A stretch of 37,889 nucleotides of DNA. Origin: a virus. A model generated the notes under the pieces. It ran no database searches and was not told where the DNA came from. It worked only from the letters and a program-made list of their open reading frames with translations. Where the stretch lies: the IMG/VR virus record IMGVR_UViG_3300045988_047443, positions 1-37,889 of that record, one strand, 5' to 3'. Position numbers and translations under genes: made by a program. Below are positions 7,558 through 15,796 of the stretch, in pieces. The first letter of the stretch is position 1, and the number at the start of each line of letters is the position of its first letter.

Positions 7558-8298
7558 CTATGCTCCTAATATTTCCCTTCTCACTCGCTCCATTTCCTTA
7601 TGTACATCTGCATACGATTGATTGTTCTCTTGTACATAGAATTTAGAATCGAGCTTTCCAGGATTGTTCTTATTTCTTTTAGTCCATTCATCATGAACCC
7701 ACTTCTGAATCACTAGCGAATGGTTCTTGTATTTCTTTCCACTCGTTTCAATGTACTCATCTAATATCTTTATATGCTCATCTAATGAATCACCATATAA
7801 ATCTAATAGGTGTGTGTGTTCTTTATCTGTAAGTAATACATGTGAATATTCACCATATTTGTGTTTACTTACTTTTAATTTATTATTAATTTTAGTATTA
7901 ATAGCTTTATTATTATCTTTAACATTTTTGTTAATGGGGGTATTTACAATTTCGTTTATACCCTCTAAATCATTTTGTATATACCTATTAACATTTTTGT
8001 TAATAGGGGTATTTACAATATATAAATGCCTTCCGATAATTTCTTTTGTTCCTTCTTTATACAGTGTTTCTACGGCAATATATCCTTTTTTGTATAGAGT
8101 GCTAATCCATCTACTTACTGTAATTTTAGAAACTTTATATAAATCTGCGAAATATTGATTTGTTGCCCAACAATATCCTTTTTCATTACACAATGATGTA
8201 ATTTCTCCATACAATAGTTTTGCGTTTGGTGGCAATTCTTCATCATATCGAACTTCTGCAGGTATTATTGCGTAATACGATTTCTTTAGTTCTGCTAT
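7558..8298 (-). CDS. HTH replication-initiation / replisome-organizer-like protein
   Basis: YYAIIPAEVRYDEELPPNAKLLYGEITSLCNEKGYCWATNQYFADLY...ITVSRWISTLYKKGYI. GGAGGTG, then ATTAGA, then ATA at 8298. The TTG and GTG codons lie inside or before the SD. Confidence 0.55.
   Translation of the reverse strand: MAELKKSYYAIIPAEVRYDEELPPNAKLLYGEITSLCNEKGYCWATNQYFADLYKVSKITVSRWISTLYKKGYIAVETLYKEGTKEIIGRHLYIVNTPINKNVNRYIQNDLEGINEIVNTPINKNVKDNNKAINTKINNKLKVSKHKYGEYSHVLLTDKEHTHLLDLYGDSLDEHIKILDEYIETSGKKYKNHSLVIQKWVHDEWTKRNKNNPGKLDSKFYVQENNQSYADVHKEMERVRREILGA
7921..8019. repeat. Two 30-bp direct repeats (1 mismatch, 69-bp period) inside the replication gene; candidate origin iterons
   Basis: AACATTTTTGTTAAT(G/A)GGGGTATTTACAAT at 7921-7950 and 7990-8019. 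Each contains the palindrome TTAACATTTTTGTTAA. An AT-rich tract at 7871-7918 is adjacent. Confidence 0.6.
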
Positions 8299-8299
8299 T

Positions 8300-8668
8300 C
8301 TAATCACCTCCACCAAGCACTACAACTTGCTTTAGAATTTCATCAATAATCTTGTCGGTGTATTCTATATAGCATTTTAATTGCTCATCATTGAAATGTC
8401 CGCCATCTTCTTCTAATGTCATGTATATTGCTATCAATCTTTCTTTGTTCAATCCATCTTTTGTATAGCTTATATATTCATTTAAACCATTACATCCTGT
8501 TAATCTGTAAATAAACATTTCGGTAATATCATGAACTGTACACGCTTCATTAAATATATCCTTTGAATTTGTATCTCCTATGCTCCTTTCTGCAATTTGA
8601 TAAAACAAATTAAATTCATCAAAGTAAATTTGCTTTGCTACATTTACTGCCATTTCTTGCTCTCTCAT
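8300..8668 (-). CDS. Hypothetical protein
   Basis: 122 aa. ATGA overlap with the RusA-like stop. Confidence 0.55.
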   Translation of the reverse strand: MREQEMAVNVAKQIYFDEFNLFYQIAERSIGDTNSKDIFNEACTVHDITEMFIYRLTGCNGLNEYISYTKDGLNKERLIAIYMTLEEDGGHFNDEQLKCYIEYTDKIIDEILKQVVVLGGGD

Positions 8669-9027
8669 AAAATCTCTACCTCTATTCTTGGATTCTCATT
8701 ATCTGTAAATACTGAATTTTGAATACTAGAAACATATTTTCTAGAATCATTTTCTATAACACCATATTCAACCATTGAATCTAAAATAAATTTCACTGCA
8801 AAGAATATGTTGTCTGCATCTCTTTTGTTATTTTTTTCAAACCAATCAATTTTTAATTTTATAGGGTAATCTTTTACTCTATGTATTTTGTAGTCTCTCA
8901 TATATAAAGCTATTCTATTTTGCTCTATTTTCTTTTTTTGATTAGCTCCATATTTATTTCCTCTACACAAATTTATATAATCGTTTAAACTAGGAAGTTT
9001 TCCTTTAATAATAAATTTTTGAGTCAT
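8665..9027 (-). CDS. rusA: RusA-like Holliday junction resolvase
   Basis: ATG at 9027 after GGAGGTTTGTTG. Motif RDADNIFFAVKFILDSMVEYGVIENDSRKY fits RusA. Confidence 0.65.
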   Translation of the reverse strand: MTQKFIIKGKLPSLNDYINLCRGNKYGANQKKKIEQNRIALYMRDYKIHRVKDYPIKLKIDWFEKNNKRDADNIFFAVKFILDSMVEYGVIENDSRKYVSSIQNSVFTDNENPRIEVEIL

Positions 9028-9583
9028 CAACAAACCTCCAAGCAAAACCATATGCAGTAACTCTACTACCATTGCAACATTTACTTATGTTTTTTCCAAT
9101 TGTGTCAATAGTTCCTTTGATATTGTATTTTTCTTTCATTTCTCTACTAGCCAATAATCCACTATTGTGGAGTGCTATAAATCTACCGTTTTCATCAAAT
9201 TGCAACACTTGTTTACTTCTTTTATTCTCTAAACCGAATTTACCTTTCATAGGAGAAGTTTCAAGTCCTAACTTGTAAGCATGTATCATGTTTTCTTTTC
9301 TTGTACACCATTCTAAATTACTTACAGAATTATTTTCTTTGTTTCCGTCGATATGATTTACTTCTTCTTTATTTTTTTCATTTTGTATAAAATGTGTAGC
9401 AACTAATCTATGTACTTGTTTTCTGTTTCTTACACATTTGTCATCATACAATGTTACGCCAAGATATCCCCATGTGTTTTTTGATGGTCTTAAAAACTTT
9501 TTTCTCTTATTGCTATATACTCTTCCTAAATTGCTAATATAATAATTTTTAAAGCCATTTATTTCTTTCCATTCTTCCTTTAT
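9005..9583 (-). CDS. HNH homing endonuclease (NUMOD4-like N-terminus plus HNH_3)
   Basis: KEEWKEINGFKNYYISNLGRVYS ... VHRLVATHFIQNEKNKEEVNHIDGNKENNSVSNLEWCTRKEN. The only start before the conserved N-terminus is ATA at 9583 (AAGGTGG plus 7 nt, ATAA overlap with the upstream stop). Confidence 0.75.
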   Translation of the reverse strand: MKEEWKEINGFKNYYISNLGRVYSNKRKKFLRPSKNTWGYLGVTLYDDKCVRNRKQVHRLVATHFIQNEKNKEEVNHIDGNKENNSVSNLEWCTRKENMIHAYKLGLETSPMKGKFGLENKRSKQVLQFDENGRFIALHNSGLLASREMKEKYNIKGTIDTIGKNISKCCNGSRVTAYGFAWRFVDDSKIYY

Positions 9584-10119
9584 TCTTGTACCACCTTGAT
9601 TCCTTTATCTAAATAGTATTGAGTACTGATTCCTAATTGTTCTGCATAATCTAGTATGCAATCTATCAACACTCCCATTTGCTTTGTGTCCATTTGCGAG
9701 CTACCTAGAAACAATCTACAATTCACAAATTCATTTCCATTGTCTCTTATCTCAGTTCCCAATATTTGAACCGCCCTAACTCCATGAGCTTGAGCCAACG
9801 AATCAACACCATCTTTCAAAACTGAAACATATGTATATAATGCTTTTGCCATTCTCAAGAATTCACAATACATATCCCACGTATCATTTGTTGTGGCATT
9901 TTCGTTATCGCATATTTCCTTTATTAAAGCCCACATAAGCCGATTTTGTTCATTTGTACGTATTCGTTTAACTGAATCTATAATCAAGCTATATGACCCT
10001 TTTTCGAGTGTCTGAGCGTATGATTCGTATATTGGCCCAGTTAATTCAAATGTTATTTCTAGGTTTCCATCCTCATTTCTAGATTTTCTGATGAAACTTC
10101 CTATCAATTTTGTTTTCAA
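9580..10119 (-). CDS. NinB/Orf-like recombination mediator
   Basis: RTNEQNRLMWALIKEI ... GSSQMDTKQMGVLIDCILDYAEQLGI parallels lambda NinB. TTG at 10119 overlaps the upstream TGA. Confidence 0.5.
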   Translation of the reverse strand: MKTKLIGSFIRKSRNEDGNLEITFELTGPIYESYAQTLEKGSYSLIIDSVKRIRTNEQNRLMWALIKEICDNENATTNDTWDMYCEFLRMAKALYTYVSVLKDGVDSLAQAHGVRAVQILGTEIRDNGNEFVNCRLFLGSSQMDTKQMGVLIDCILDYAEQLGISTQYYLDKGIKVVQE

Positions 10120-10346
10120 AACGGACTGCGCTCCATTTCTTCGAATTTTTGAAGTCTGAACAATTCCTTTTGCTCTTCTGTAATTCCTAGCTCTTTCATC
10201 TTGTTTACATCCGTCCATGAATCTTGATATGGATTGAAATTCTCATTCATGATGTAATTCTCAAGTTCTTCAATTCTTTTAGCTTGAGAATAATAGATTT
10301 CTCTAGGATATGATTCTTGATTATTAATCACGTTATATGAGTACAT
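10116..10346 (-). CDS. Hypothetical protein
   Basis: ATG at 10346 after AAAGGTGA. Confidence 0.5.
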   Translation of the reverse strand: MYSYNVINNQESYPREIYYSQAKRIEELENYIMNENFNPYQDSWTDVNKMKELGITEEQKELFRLQKFEEMERSPF

Positions 10347-10359
10347 ATTATTCACCTTT

Positions 10360-10584
10360 CTAAAAAGTCTCGATATGACAATCACTTACATATGACTCTA
10401 CAATGTCAATTTCAATTCTTAATTTACTTTCAGTGATTGCGTAATCATCATCACTGTTAATTAATTGAATTGCTTCTTCTTTTGTTAACTGTTTTTCTTT
10501 TCGTAAATTAAGAACAATCTTTTTATCTGTATTCTTGATAATTTCTATACATTTTTCTTTTGGTAGTTCTGTAACGTAAATCAT
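10360..10584 (-). CDS. Hypothetical protein
   Basis: 74 aa. AAAGGAA precedes the ATG. Confidence 0.5.
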   Translation of the reverse strand: MIYVTELPKEKCIEIIKNTDKKIVLNLRKEKQLTKEEAIQLINSDDDYAITESKLRIEIDIVESYVSDCHIETF

Positions 10585-10601
10585 TATGATAATTCCTTTC
10601 T

Positions 10602-10892
10602 TTATAAATAATTCTTATGAAATATCTTCATAAATTCATTTCTTGTATGTGCTTTCTCAAATGCCTGTTGGCATTCCTTTTTAAGCTTCATGTCTAATTT
10701 GTGATTAAAATGTACTCCTTCACTGCTCATGTTGTGATGTTTAGCACATAAACGTACATAGCAACCACGCTCAATTGATTTCTTTCTGTTAGCAGTGCCG
10801 AAATATACTTCATGCGTATGTAAATTCAATGATGACCCACATACATAACATTTAGACATATCTTTTTGCAAAATTGACTTATCTCGTTTTAT
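10602..10892 (-). CDS. Cys/His zinc-binding protein (NinG/DUF968/HNH-like, tentative)
   Basis: CYVCG ... HTHEV ... CAKHH. AAGGTGA plus 7 nt then ATA at 10892 (ATAA overlap with the upstream stop). The TTG at 10898 is only 1 nt from the SD. Confidence 0.4.
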   Translation of the reverse strand: MKRDKSILQKDMSKCYVCGSSLNLHTHEVYFGTANRKKSIERGCYVRLCAKHHNMSSEGVHFNHKLDMKLKKECQQAFEKAHTRNEFMKIFHKNYL

Positions 10893-11194
10893 TTCCAAGT
10901 CACCTTAACACTAGATTTAACTTGTGTTTCCTTTGCTAATTGGTGCATAAGACCTAATTCGTTCACTAATTTTGTATCAATAGTTGTTCTTGTGTATGGT
11001 TCTACATATGCAATTTTCACAACATCATTTTCAAATGATTTGATACCGTTCTTTTCCATTGCTTCTAAGATATTTTTCTTAATATCTTTTTCTAATTTGT
11101 CCATTTCCTTTTTGTATTCTTGAAATGATTTTAATCTGCTTAACGCTTCCTGTTGAATTTCAATTTGTCCATTTTCTACGTTTACTAATTCCAT
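10889..11194 (-). CDS. Hypothetical protein
   Basis: ATG at 11194 after TAAGGAGGAAAG. Confidence 0.5.
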   Translation of the reverse strand: MELVNVENGQIEIQQEALSRLKSFQEYKKEMDKLEKDIKKNILEAMEKNGIKSFENDVVKIAYVEPYTRTTIDTKLVNELGLMHQLAKETQVKSSVKVTWK

Positions 11195-11207
11195 TTTTCT
11201 TTCCTCC

Positions 11208-11873
11208 TTATGCTTTCGCATTTTCTTTGTAAATAGCTCCGTATGCTTTAATTAATTCCACTAGACCGTTTCCATTTAGATTAGGAATATCTTGTGAACT
11301 GATTTTATATTCGGCTTTTAAATGCTCACAAAATGCTTCTGAATGCGTATCAATTCCTAGCTTCTGTAATTCATTCTGTGCTTTAAAGCACCTCATACGA
11401 ATTTCATCTAACTTGCTATTATTTTCTGATTTTTGTTGCTTTGTTTGTGCATTTTGAATAACTTCATGTTGCTCGTCTGTGTCTGCGTCTTTTGTATCAT
11501 CTAAGTTGAATAAACCGTTTAACGCATATTTTCTAGCGTATGATGAACAACTGCCTGTAACTTGTGAAGAGTCCATACCTTTTTTATTTTCTTCTTCTCT
11601 AGCCATTGCTTTTACTTGAATTGATTCATTTGAATCCCAATCGTTTAAAATTGCATTTGCTACGACATAATATCTATCTTTAACAACTTCAATTTCATCT
11701 GTAAGAATCAAAGTTGCTCTATACTTAACACAAATCTTTTTTGCTTCTGCTAAGATATCCTCTGCCGACCTATAGCTATATTTACCAAACTTGTTATATT
11801 GATTCTTCCCCACTTTCATTTCGTTTTGTATATGAGATAGCTTTTCATATACATTCATTTTCTTTTCTTCCAT
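11208..11873 (-). CDS. erf: ERF-family single-strand annealing protein
   Basis: KFGKYSYRSAEDILAEAKKI ... SCSSYARKYALNGLFNLDD is typical of ERF recombinases. Confidence 0.7.
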   Translation of the reverse strand: MEEKKMNVYEKLSHIQNEMKVGKNQYNKFGKYSYRSAEDILAEAKKICVKYRATLILTDEIEVVKDRYYVVANAILNDWDSNESIQVKAMAREEENKKGMDSSQVTGSCSSYARKYALNGLFNLDDTKDADTDEQHEVIQNAQTKQQKSENNSKLDEIRMRCFKAQNELQKLGIDTHSEAFCEHLKAEYKISSQDIPNLNGNGLVELIKAYGAIYKENAKA

Positions 11874-11894
11874 CTTCCGCTTCTCCTTTTAATC

Positions 11895-11903
11895 TGCTAT
11901 AAT
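11895..11903 (+). promoter_or_regulatory. Plus-strand extended -10 promoter (TGcTATAAT)
   Basis: tgctataat read directly. No plus-strand ORF follows. Confidence 0.35.
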
Positions 11904-11909
11904 GTATGT

Positions 11910-11974
11910 GTTCTTATATTAAGAACGTCATTTCTTGTGTGTGCGTGCTTTGTCGAGTGCGCACCTCTTTTTTT
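11910..11974 (+). ncRNA. Candidate ~65-nt plus-strand small RNA (antisense to the early operon)
   Basis: Downstream of TGcTATAAT lies hairpin GTTCTTA-TAT-TAAGAAC (11910-11926). It is followed by GTGCGTGC-N8-GTGCGCAC and CTCTTTTTTT, an intrinsic terminator only in the plus orientation. Confidence 0.35.
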
Positions 11975-12203
11975 ATTGAAATAACATTGCATACGTTTTA
12001 CCAAAACATGAAATAGTCATTAATAGAATCATAATTGTTGCGAATAACAGAATATTCACACACGTTGTGATTCTTTTTTGATACGTAATTTCTCTGCGTA
12101 TTTCTTTTTCTTCTTTTGATAGATATTTTCTTTTTGGATTGAATGGATATATACTTAAATCCATTTCATCCTCTTGAATTGTATTCATTCTTATATCTTG
12201 CAT
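11973..12203 (-). CDS. Small protein with C-terminal transmembrane helix
   Basis: ATG at 12203 after AGGAGATAAGAAA. Hydrophobic segment VNILLFATIMILLMTISCF. Confidence 0.5.
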   Translation of the reverse strand: MQDIRMNTIQEDEMDLSIYPFNPKRKYLSKEEKEIRREITYQKRITTCVNILLFATIMILLMTISCFGKTYAMLFQ

Positions 12204-12207
12204 TTTC

Positions 12208-12465
12208 TTATCTCCTAAAGCTTTTTTTGAACTCAGGAGCACACTTCAAGAATGTTTCTGTAGGAATCACTTTTTGATGAATATTTCTTTGTGTAAACGA
12301 ATCTTCCCATTCAGTTCCTGTTTCTTTTTTGTAAGCTTCTTTTACTGCCTTCATAATACTGTAGCAGTAGTTTTTTTTCGTTTGTGGCTTGTATCTATCT
12401 AAGTCATAAAGAGCGATTATATCGTCTTTATTTAGAAGTGCTTTATACTCAATAATCACTTGCAT
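12208..12465 (-). CDS. Hypothetical protein (start may be GTG at 12459)
   Basis: GGAGGTGT-ATG is very close to the SD. GTG two codons later has 9-nt spacing. Confidence 0.45.
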   Translation of the reverse strand: MQVIIEYKALLNKDDIIALYDLDRYKPQTKKNYCYSIMKAVKEAYKKETGTEWEDSFTQRNIHQKVIPTETFLKCAPEFKKSFRR

Positions 12466-12628
12466 ACACCTCCATTCTTGATTCACAAGTGTTAATTTCA
12501 TTTACCTCTTGTAAATCTCTTACGTTTAATTGATTTGCGATTTCCTGCGCTTCTAATTTGTCATGTGCTTCAACTTCGAACGTAACATTTGCAGTTACGT
12601 CGAAGGTTACGAAATATGTTCTAGTCAT
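12449..12628 (-). CDS. Hypothetical protein
   Basis: ATG at 12628 after GAGGTGAGAAGC. Confidence 0.5.
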   Translation of the reverse strand: MTRTYFVTFDVTANVTFEVEAHDKLEAQEIANQLNVRDLQEVNEINTCESRMEVYASDY

Positions 12629-12749
12629 GCTTCTCACCTCTTTTCGATTCATCTAAGATACAAGCGATATACCCTTGATAAAATTCTGAAAGCTCGTAGC
12701 CTTTCTTTTGTAATTCGCTTAAGGCTTCATAAATTCTCTTATCTATTAT
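12621..12749 (-). CDS. Small hypothetical protein (start ATA 12749 or ATG 12776)
   Basis: GGAGGTG-AAACA-ATA ATA GAT is in frame. The upstream ATGATG at 12776 has no SD. Confidence 0.3.
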   Translation of the reverse strand: MIDKRIYEALSELQKKGYELSEFYQGYIACILDESKRGEKHD

Positions 12750-12825
12750 TGTTTCACCTCCATGACCTGTCATCATCAGTGCTAGTAGGTCGTCTCTAGC
12801 AGATAAGCCTTTCGGCTTATTTCGA

Positions 12826-13107
12826 CTAATTCATTAATGGTTCTGCATTTTGATTGATTCGCTCAACTTGATTTAATTTAAATAAGTAAGCTTTTGCTAA
12901 GAAGAAATTGTTTTCTATTTTTTCTTCTCCATTTGTGTCTGTGTATTTCTTTGTTTTTGGTTTCCATAACTTTGTACAAGTTACTGCATGCTCACCTTTC
13001 TTAACTTTGAATCCCATTTCTTTCCATTTTTGGAAAGTGTGGAGAGGCTCAAACTCTCCCATTCCTAATTGTTTCTTTGTGTTTTGGATAATTTCCTCGT
13101 TTGTCAT
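12826..13107 (-). CDS. Hypothetical protein (ArdC-N-like motif, tentative)
   Basis: TFQKWKEMGFKVKKGEHA. AAGGAGGACACAAGAA precedes the ATG. Confidence 0.45.
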   Translation of the reverse strand: MTNEEIIQNTKKQLGMGEFEPLHTFQKWKEMGFKVKKGEHAVTCTKLWKPKTKKYTDTNGEEKIENNFFLAKAYLFKLNQVERINQNAEPLMN

Positions 13108-13121
13108 TTCTTGTGTCCTCC

Positions 13122-13274
13122 TTATTGATTAGCTTTTAATCTTTCTATTTCTTCTCTAAGCATTTGATTTTGCTTTTGAAGAATAATCTTTCTTGTAAAT
13201 TCATTACTGAATTTATTGAACATTTTGTCTTTATATTCTTGTTGTCTTTTTCTAATTTCTTCTTGTGATTTCAT
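13122..13274 (-). CDS. First early gene, 50-aa coiled-coil protein (Cro position, no obvious HTH)
   Basis: ACGGAGGATACAAGAA-ATG. Translation MKSQEEIRKRQQEYKDKMFNKFSNEFTRKIILQKQNQMLREEIERLKANQ. Confidence 0.45.
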   Translation of the reverse strand: MKSQEEIRKRQQEYKDKMFNKFSNEFTRKIILQKQNQMLREEIERLKANQ

Positions 13275-13302
13275 TTCTTGTATCCTCCGTTTAGTACTCA
13301 TT

Positions 13303-13319
13303 TGTACTTTACAAGTACA
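13303..13319. promoter_or_regulatory. Operator palindrome TGTACTT-TAC-AAGTACA abutting the early -10
   Basis: Perfect 7-3-7 inverted repeat. Related half-sites (A/T)TTTACAAGT / TTGTAAAGT lie at 13340-13349 and 13367-13376. AGTACT is at 13293 and 13324. Confidence 0.6.
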
Positions 13320-13347
13320 TTATAGTACTTTTGAATGACATTGTAAA
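13319..13347 (-). promoter_or_regulatory. Early lytic promoter (TTTACA-17-TATAAT)
   Basis: Minus strand TTTACA ATGTCATTCAAAAGTAC TATAAT, upstream of the leftward operon. Confidence 0.7.
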
Positions 13348-13366
13348 GTATTTTTTGTCCTTTTAA

Positions 13367-13394
13367 TTTACAAGTTTATTCTTTGTGATATTAT
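13367..13394 (+). promoter_or_regulatory. Repressor promoter (TTTACA-16-TG-n-TATTAT)
   Basis: tttaca at 13367-13372 and tgatattat at 13386-13394. Confidence 0.5.
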
Positions 13395-13416
13395 GAATAT
13401 AGAGGAGGTAAAACAT

Positions 13417-13794
13417 TTGACTATAGGTGAAAGAATAAATGTGATTAGGTCTAGCTTGAACCTAAGCATGGAGAAATTCGGAAAGAAGATTGGTATAACT
13501 CGAAGTAGTGTTAATTCACTCGAAAAAGGTGTTAATAATCCTAGCGACCAAACAATCAAATTAATTTGTAAAGAATATAATGTTGATTACTTTTGGCTTA
13601 CTGAAGGAATAGGAGATATGTTTTTAGATGTACCGGATAACACTATTGACGAACTCATAGAAGAATACCAAATCAACCCAAACCAAAAGCCACTTATTAA
13701 GGCTTACTTAAAATCAAGTGAAGAAACGAAAGAAAGGTTATTAGATTTCATTTATGGAATCATTAAGGAATTAGACAATGCGGAACAAAAATAA
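13417..13794 (+). CDS. CI-like XRE-family repressor
   Basis: TTG start 6 nt after GAGGAGGT. HTH segment LTIGERINVIRSSLNLSMEKFGKKIGITRSSVNSLEKG. Divergent from the early operon. Confidence 0.8.
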   Translation: MTIGERINVIRSSLNLSMEKFGKKIGITRSSVNSLEKGVNNPSDQTIKLICKEYNVDYFWLTEGIGDMFLDVPDNTIDELIEEYQINPNQKPLIKAYLKSSEETKERLLDFIYGIIKELDNAEQK

Positions 13795-14428
13795 AACACT
13801 ACCCATTCAAAAAGGTGGTAGTAAGAAGAAAAAGATATTAATGTGGTGTGCTATTGTTATTGTTGTTTTTTATGCAATCATCGCAATTACTCCTAGTGAA
13901 CCACAGAAAAAGCTTACATACACTGAAGAAATTGCGGAAAATTGGGAAGTATCGGAAAAAGAAGTAAAATCTATTGTATCCGTTGCGAAAGAACTAGGAA
14001 TTAAAAAATCAAAACTTCATATCACTCATTTAAATGAGGATTCTTGCACAATTAAATATATAGACACTGATATTACCTTTAATATTAAAGATGACACTGT
14101 AAGCACTGTTAAAAAGGATGAAACAGTATTCTACGAAAACGGTTCAGTTGTTAGAATGCCTAAAACAATCATTGTTACTCAAAAAGAAAAAGAACAATTA
14201 TACGAGTGGACTAAAATTGCAGTCAATCTCTTTATGAATCTTGAAAAATCATCAGATTTTGATTCTATTAAATCTTTTGAATTCGCAAAAGGAGATAATA
14301 TATATTTAATTAAAGGAGCTACATCTGTAGATGATAAAAGAGTCGAGTTCGTTGCTTCATGTGAATGGACAGGAAACGAAAATGACACTCCAACTTGGAA
14401 AGATATTCAATTATTTCCTGTAAAATAA
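13778..14428 (+). CDS. Membrane-anchored protein co-transcribed with the repressor (possible superinfection exclusion)
   Basis: Basic N-terminus followed by the TM helix ILMWCAIVIVVFYAIIAI. Confidence 0.55.
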   Translation: MRNKNKTLPIQKGGSKKKKILMWCAIVIVVFYAIIAITPSEPQKKLTYTEEIAENWEVSEKEVKSIVSVAKELGIKKSKLHITHLNEDSCTIKYIDTDITFNIKDDTVSTVKKDETVFYENGSVVRMPKTIIVTQKEKEQLYEWTKIAVNLFMNLEKSSDFDSIKSFEFAKGDNIYLIKGATSVDDKRVEFVASCEWTGNENDTPTWKDIQLFPVK

Positions 14429-14456
14429 AAAAGAGCGAAATTAATCGCTCTTTTTA
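14427..14456 (+). terminator. Terminator of the repressor operon
   Basis: AGAGCGA-AATTAA-TCGCTCT followed by TTTTT. Confidence 0.7.
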
Positions 14457-14569
14457 TCTGTGGAATTTATCCAAATCCGTTGAGTGTACTCATAAACTCT
14501 TGCCACTTCTTTTTCTTCTAATGCTTCTAACATTCTATTAATTAATACATACATTTCATACTTCGTCAT
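14441..14569 (-). CDS. Small ORF (42 aa) downstream of integrase
   Basis: GGAAAGGGGGAAGCCAC-ATG. Translation MTKYEMYVLINRMLEALEEKEVARVYEYTQRIWINSTDKKSD. Confidence 0.3.
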   Translation of the reverse strand: MTKYEMYVLINRMLEALEEKEVARVYEYTQRIWINSTDKKSD

Positions 14570-14651
14570 GTGGCTTCCCCCTTTCCTTAGAATTAATAAC
14601 TCTAACGTTATTACTTATCTAAATATTTTTCAAGGGTAATTTTTAGTGCCA

Positions 14652-15746
14652 CTATTTGTTTTTCTCCATAAATTTGACAATGCCTTTGTCTGCTTGTGGC
14701 AACCAATGAGCGTATACTGAAAGAACAGTATCAAGGTTATCACCTAATCTTTTCGCAATGTCATACACTGAGAAATTCACTGTTCCATTTGTTACCATAT
14801 TGTTAATCATATAGCTTGCACATGAGTGTCTTAAATCGTGTATTCTTATAATAGGTATCTGCTCATTTGGTTGTAGCCTTATATTTGTTTTTTTAATTGT
14901 TTCATTCATTTCTTTTCGTACTGAGCTACGATAAAAAGGGACTGTCATACCGAATATATAATCGTTATCATTTGCGTGCATATTCTCTTTAAAAGCTTTA
15001 TATTCATCAGATAAAAATTGTGGCATAGTAATTAATCTATAACTGTTATTTGTCTTTGGTGTAGTTGCTTTTCTTAACGTGTCTGCCCATGTCTTTTGTA
15101 TGTTAATGGTATTATTTACTAAATCAATATCCTTCCATTGTAGAGCCAATGTTTCGCCTATTCTCATGCCCATGTAGAATTGATTCATAAACAATAAATG
15201 ATATACCGGTTTATTTTCATTTGCTATAAACTTATTAAATTGCTCTACTGTCCAATACATCATGTCTTTCTTTTTTTTGTTTGGGTCTTTCTTCAAATCA
15301 ATCTTATTGCATGGATTCACTTGAATATATCCTTGTCTTACTGCATAATTCAATACTGCTCTGAATTTGGTATAATAGTTAAGTACTGAATCAAATGACA
15401 TTGACTGCATTAATTTATTAATAACTTTTTCAATATTATTTGATGTAAGTTTTTTTATTTCACATTCGCCTAGCTCATCTTCCCAAACTTTCAATATTGC
15501 TTTCTGTGTCAAGTATGTGCTTTCCTTAATTCTCTTTTCAGAGTATACTTGATATTGATAAGATAGTTCATTGAATGTGATGGTTGCGTTTGGTTCTTTT
15601 AAATTCTCTTTGAATAGAATCTCCGCTTTTATAGCGTCCTTCTTTTTTAGAAAGCCACGCTTCTTATATTGCTTGGTCTTTCCGTTTAATTTATATGAAC
15701 CGTAATACATCCATTTACCTGTTGCTTCATCTTTCTTGACTGCCAT
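14652..15746 (-). CDS. int: Tyrosine integrase
   Basis: ATG at 15746 after AAGAGGTGCAAGAA. Motifs GMRIGETLAL, HDLRHSCASYMI and LSVYAHW are the catalytic R...HxxR...Y elements. Confidence 0.9.
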   Translation of the reverse strand: MAVKKDEATGKWMYYGSYKLNGKTKQYKKRGFLKKKDAIKAEILFKENLKEPNATITFNELSYQYQVYSEKRIKESTYLTQKAILKVWEDELGECEIKKLTSNNIEKVINKLMQSMSFDSVLNYYTKFRAVLNYAVRQGYIQVNPCNKIDLKKDPNKKKKDMMYWTVEQFNKFIANENKPVYHLLFMNQFYMGMRIGETLALQWKDIDLVNNTINIQKTWADTLRKATTPKTNNSYRLITMPQFLSDEYKAFKENMHANDNDYIFGMTVPFYRSSVRKEMNETIKKTNIRLQPNEQIPIIRIHDLRHSCASYMINNMVTNGTVNFSVYDIAKRLGDNLDTVLSVYAHWLPQADKGIVKFMEKNK

Positions 15747-15796
15747 TTCTTGCACCTCTTTTTTATCATCATACACAAGAAAAAGGATAAAAAAAA

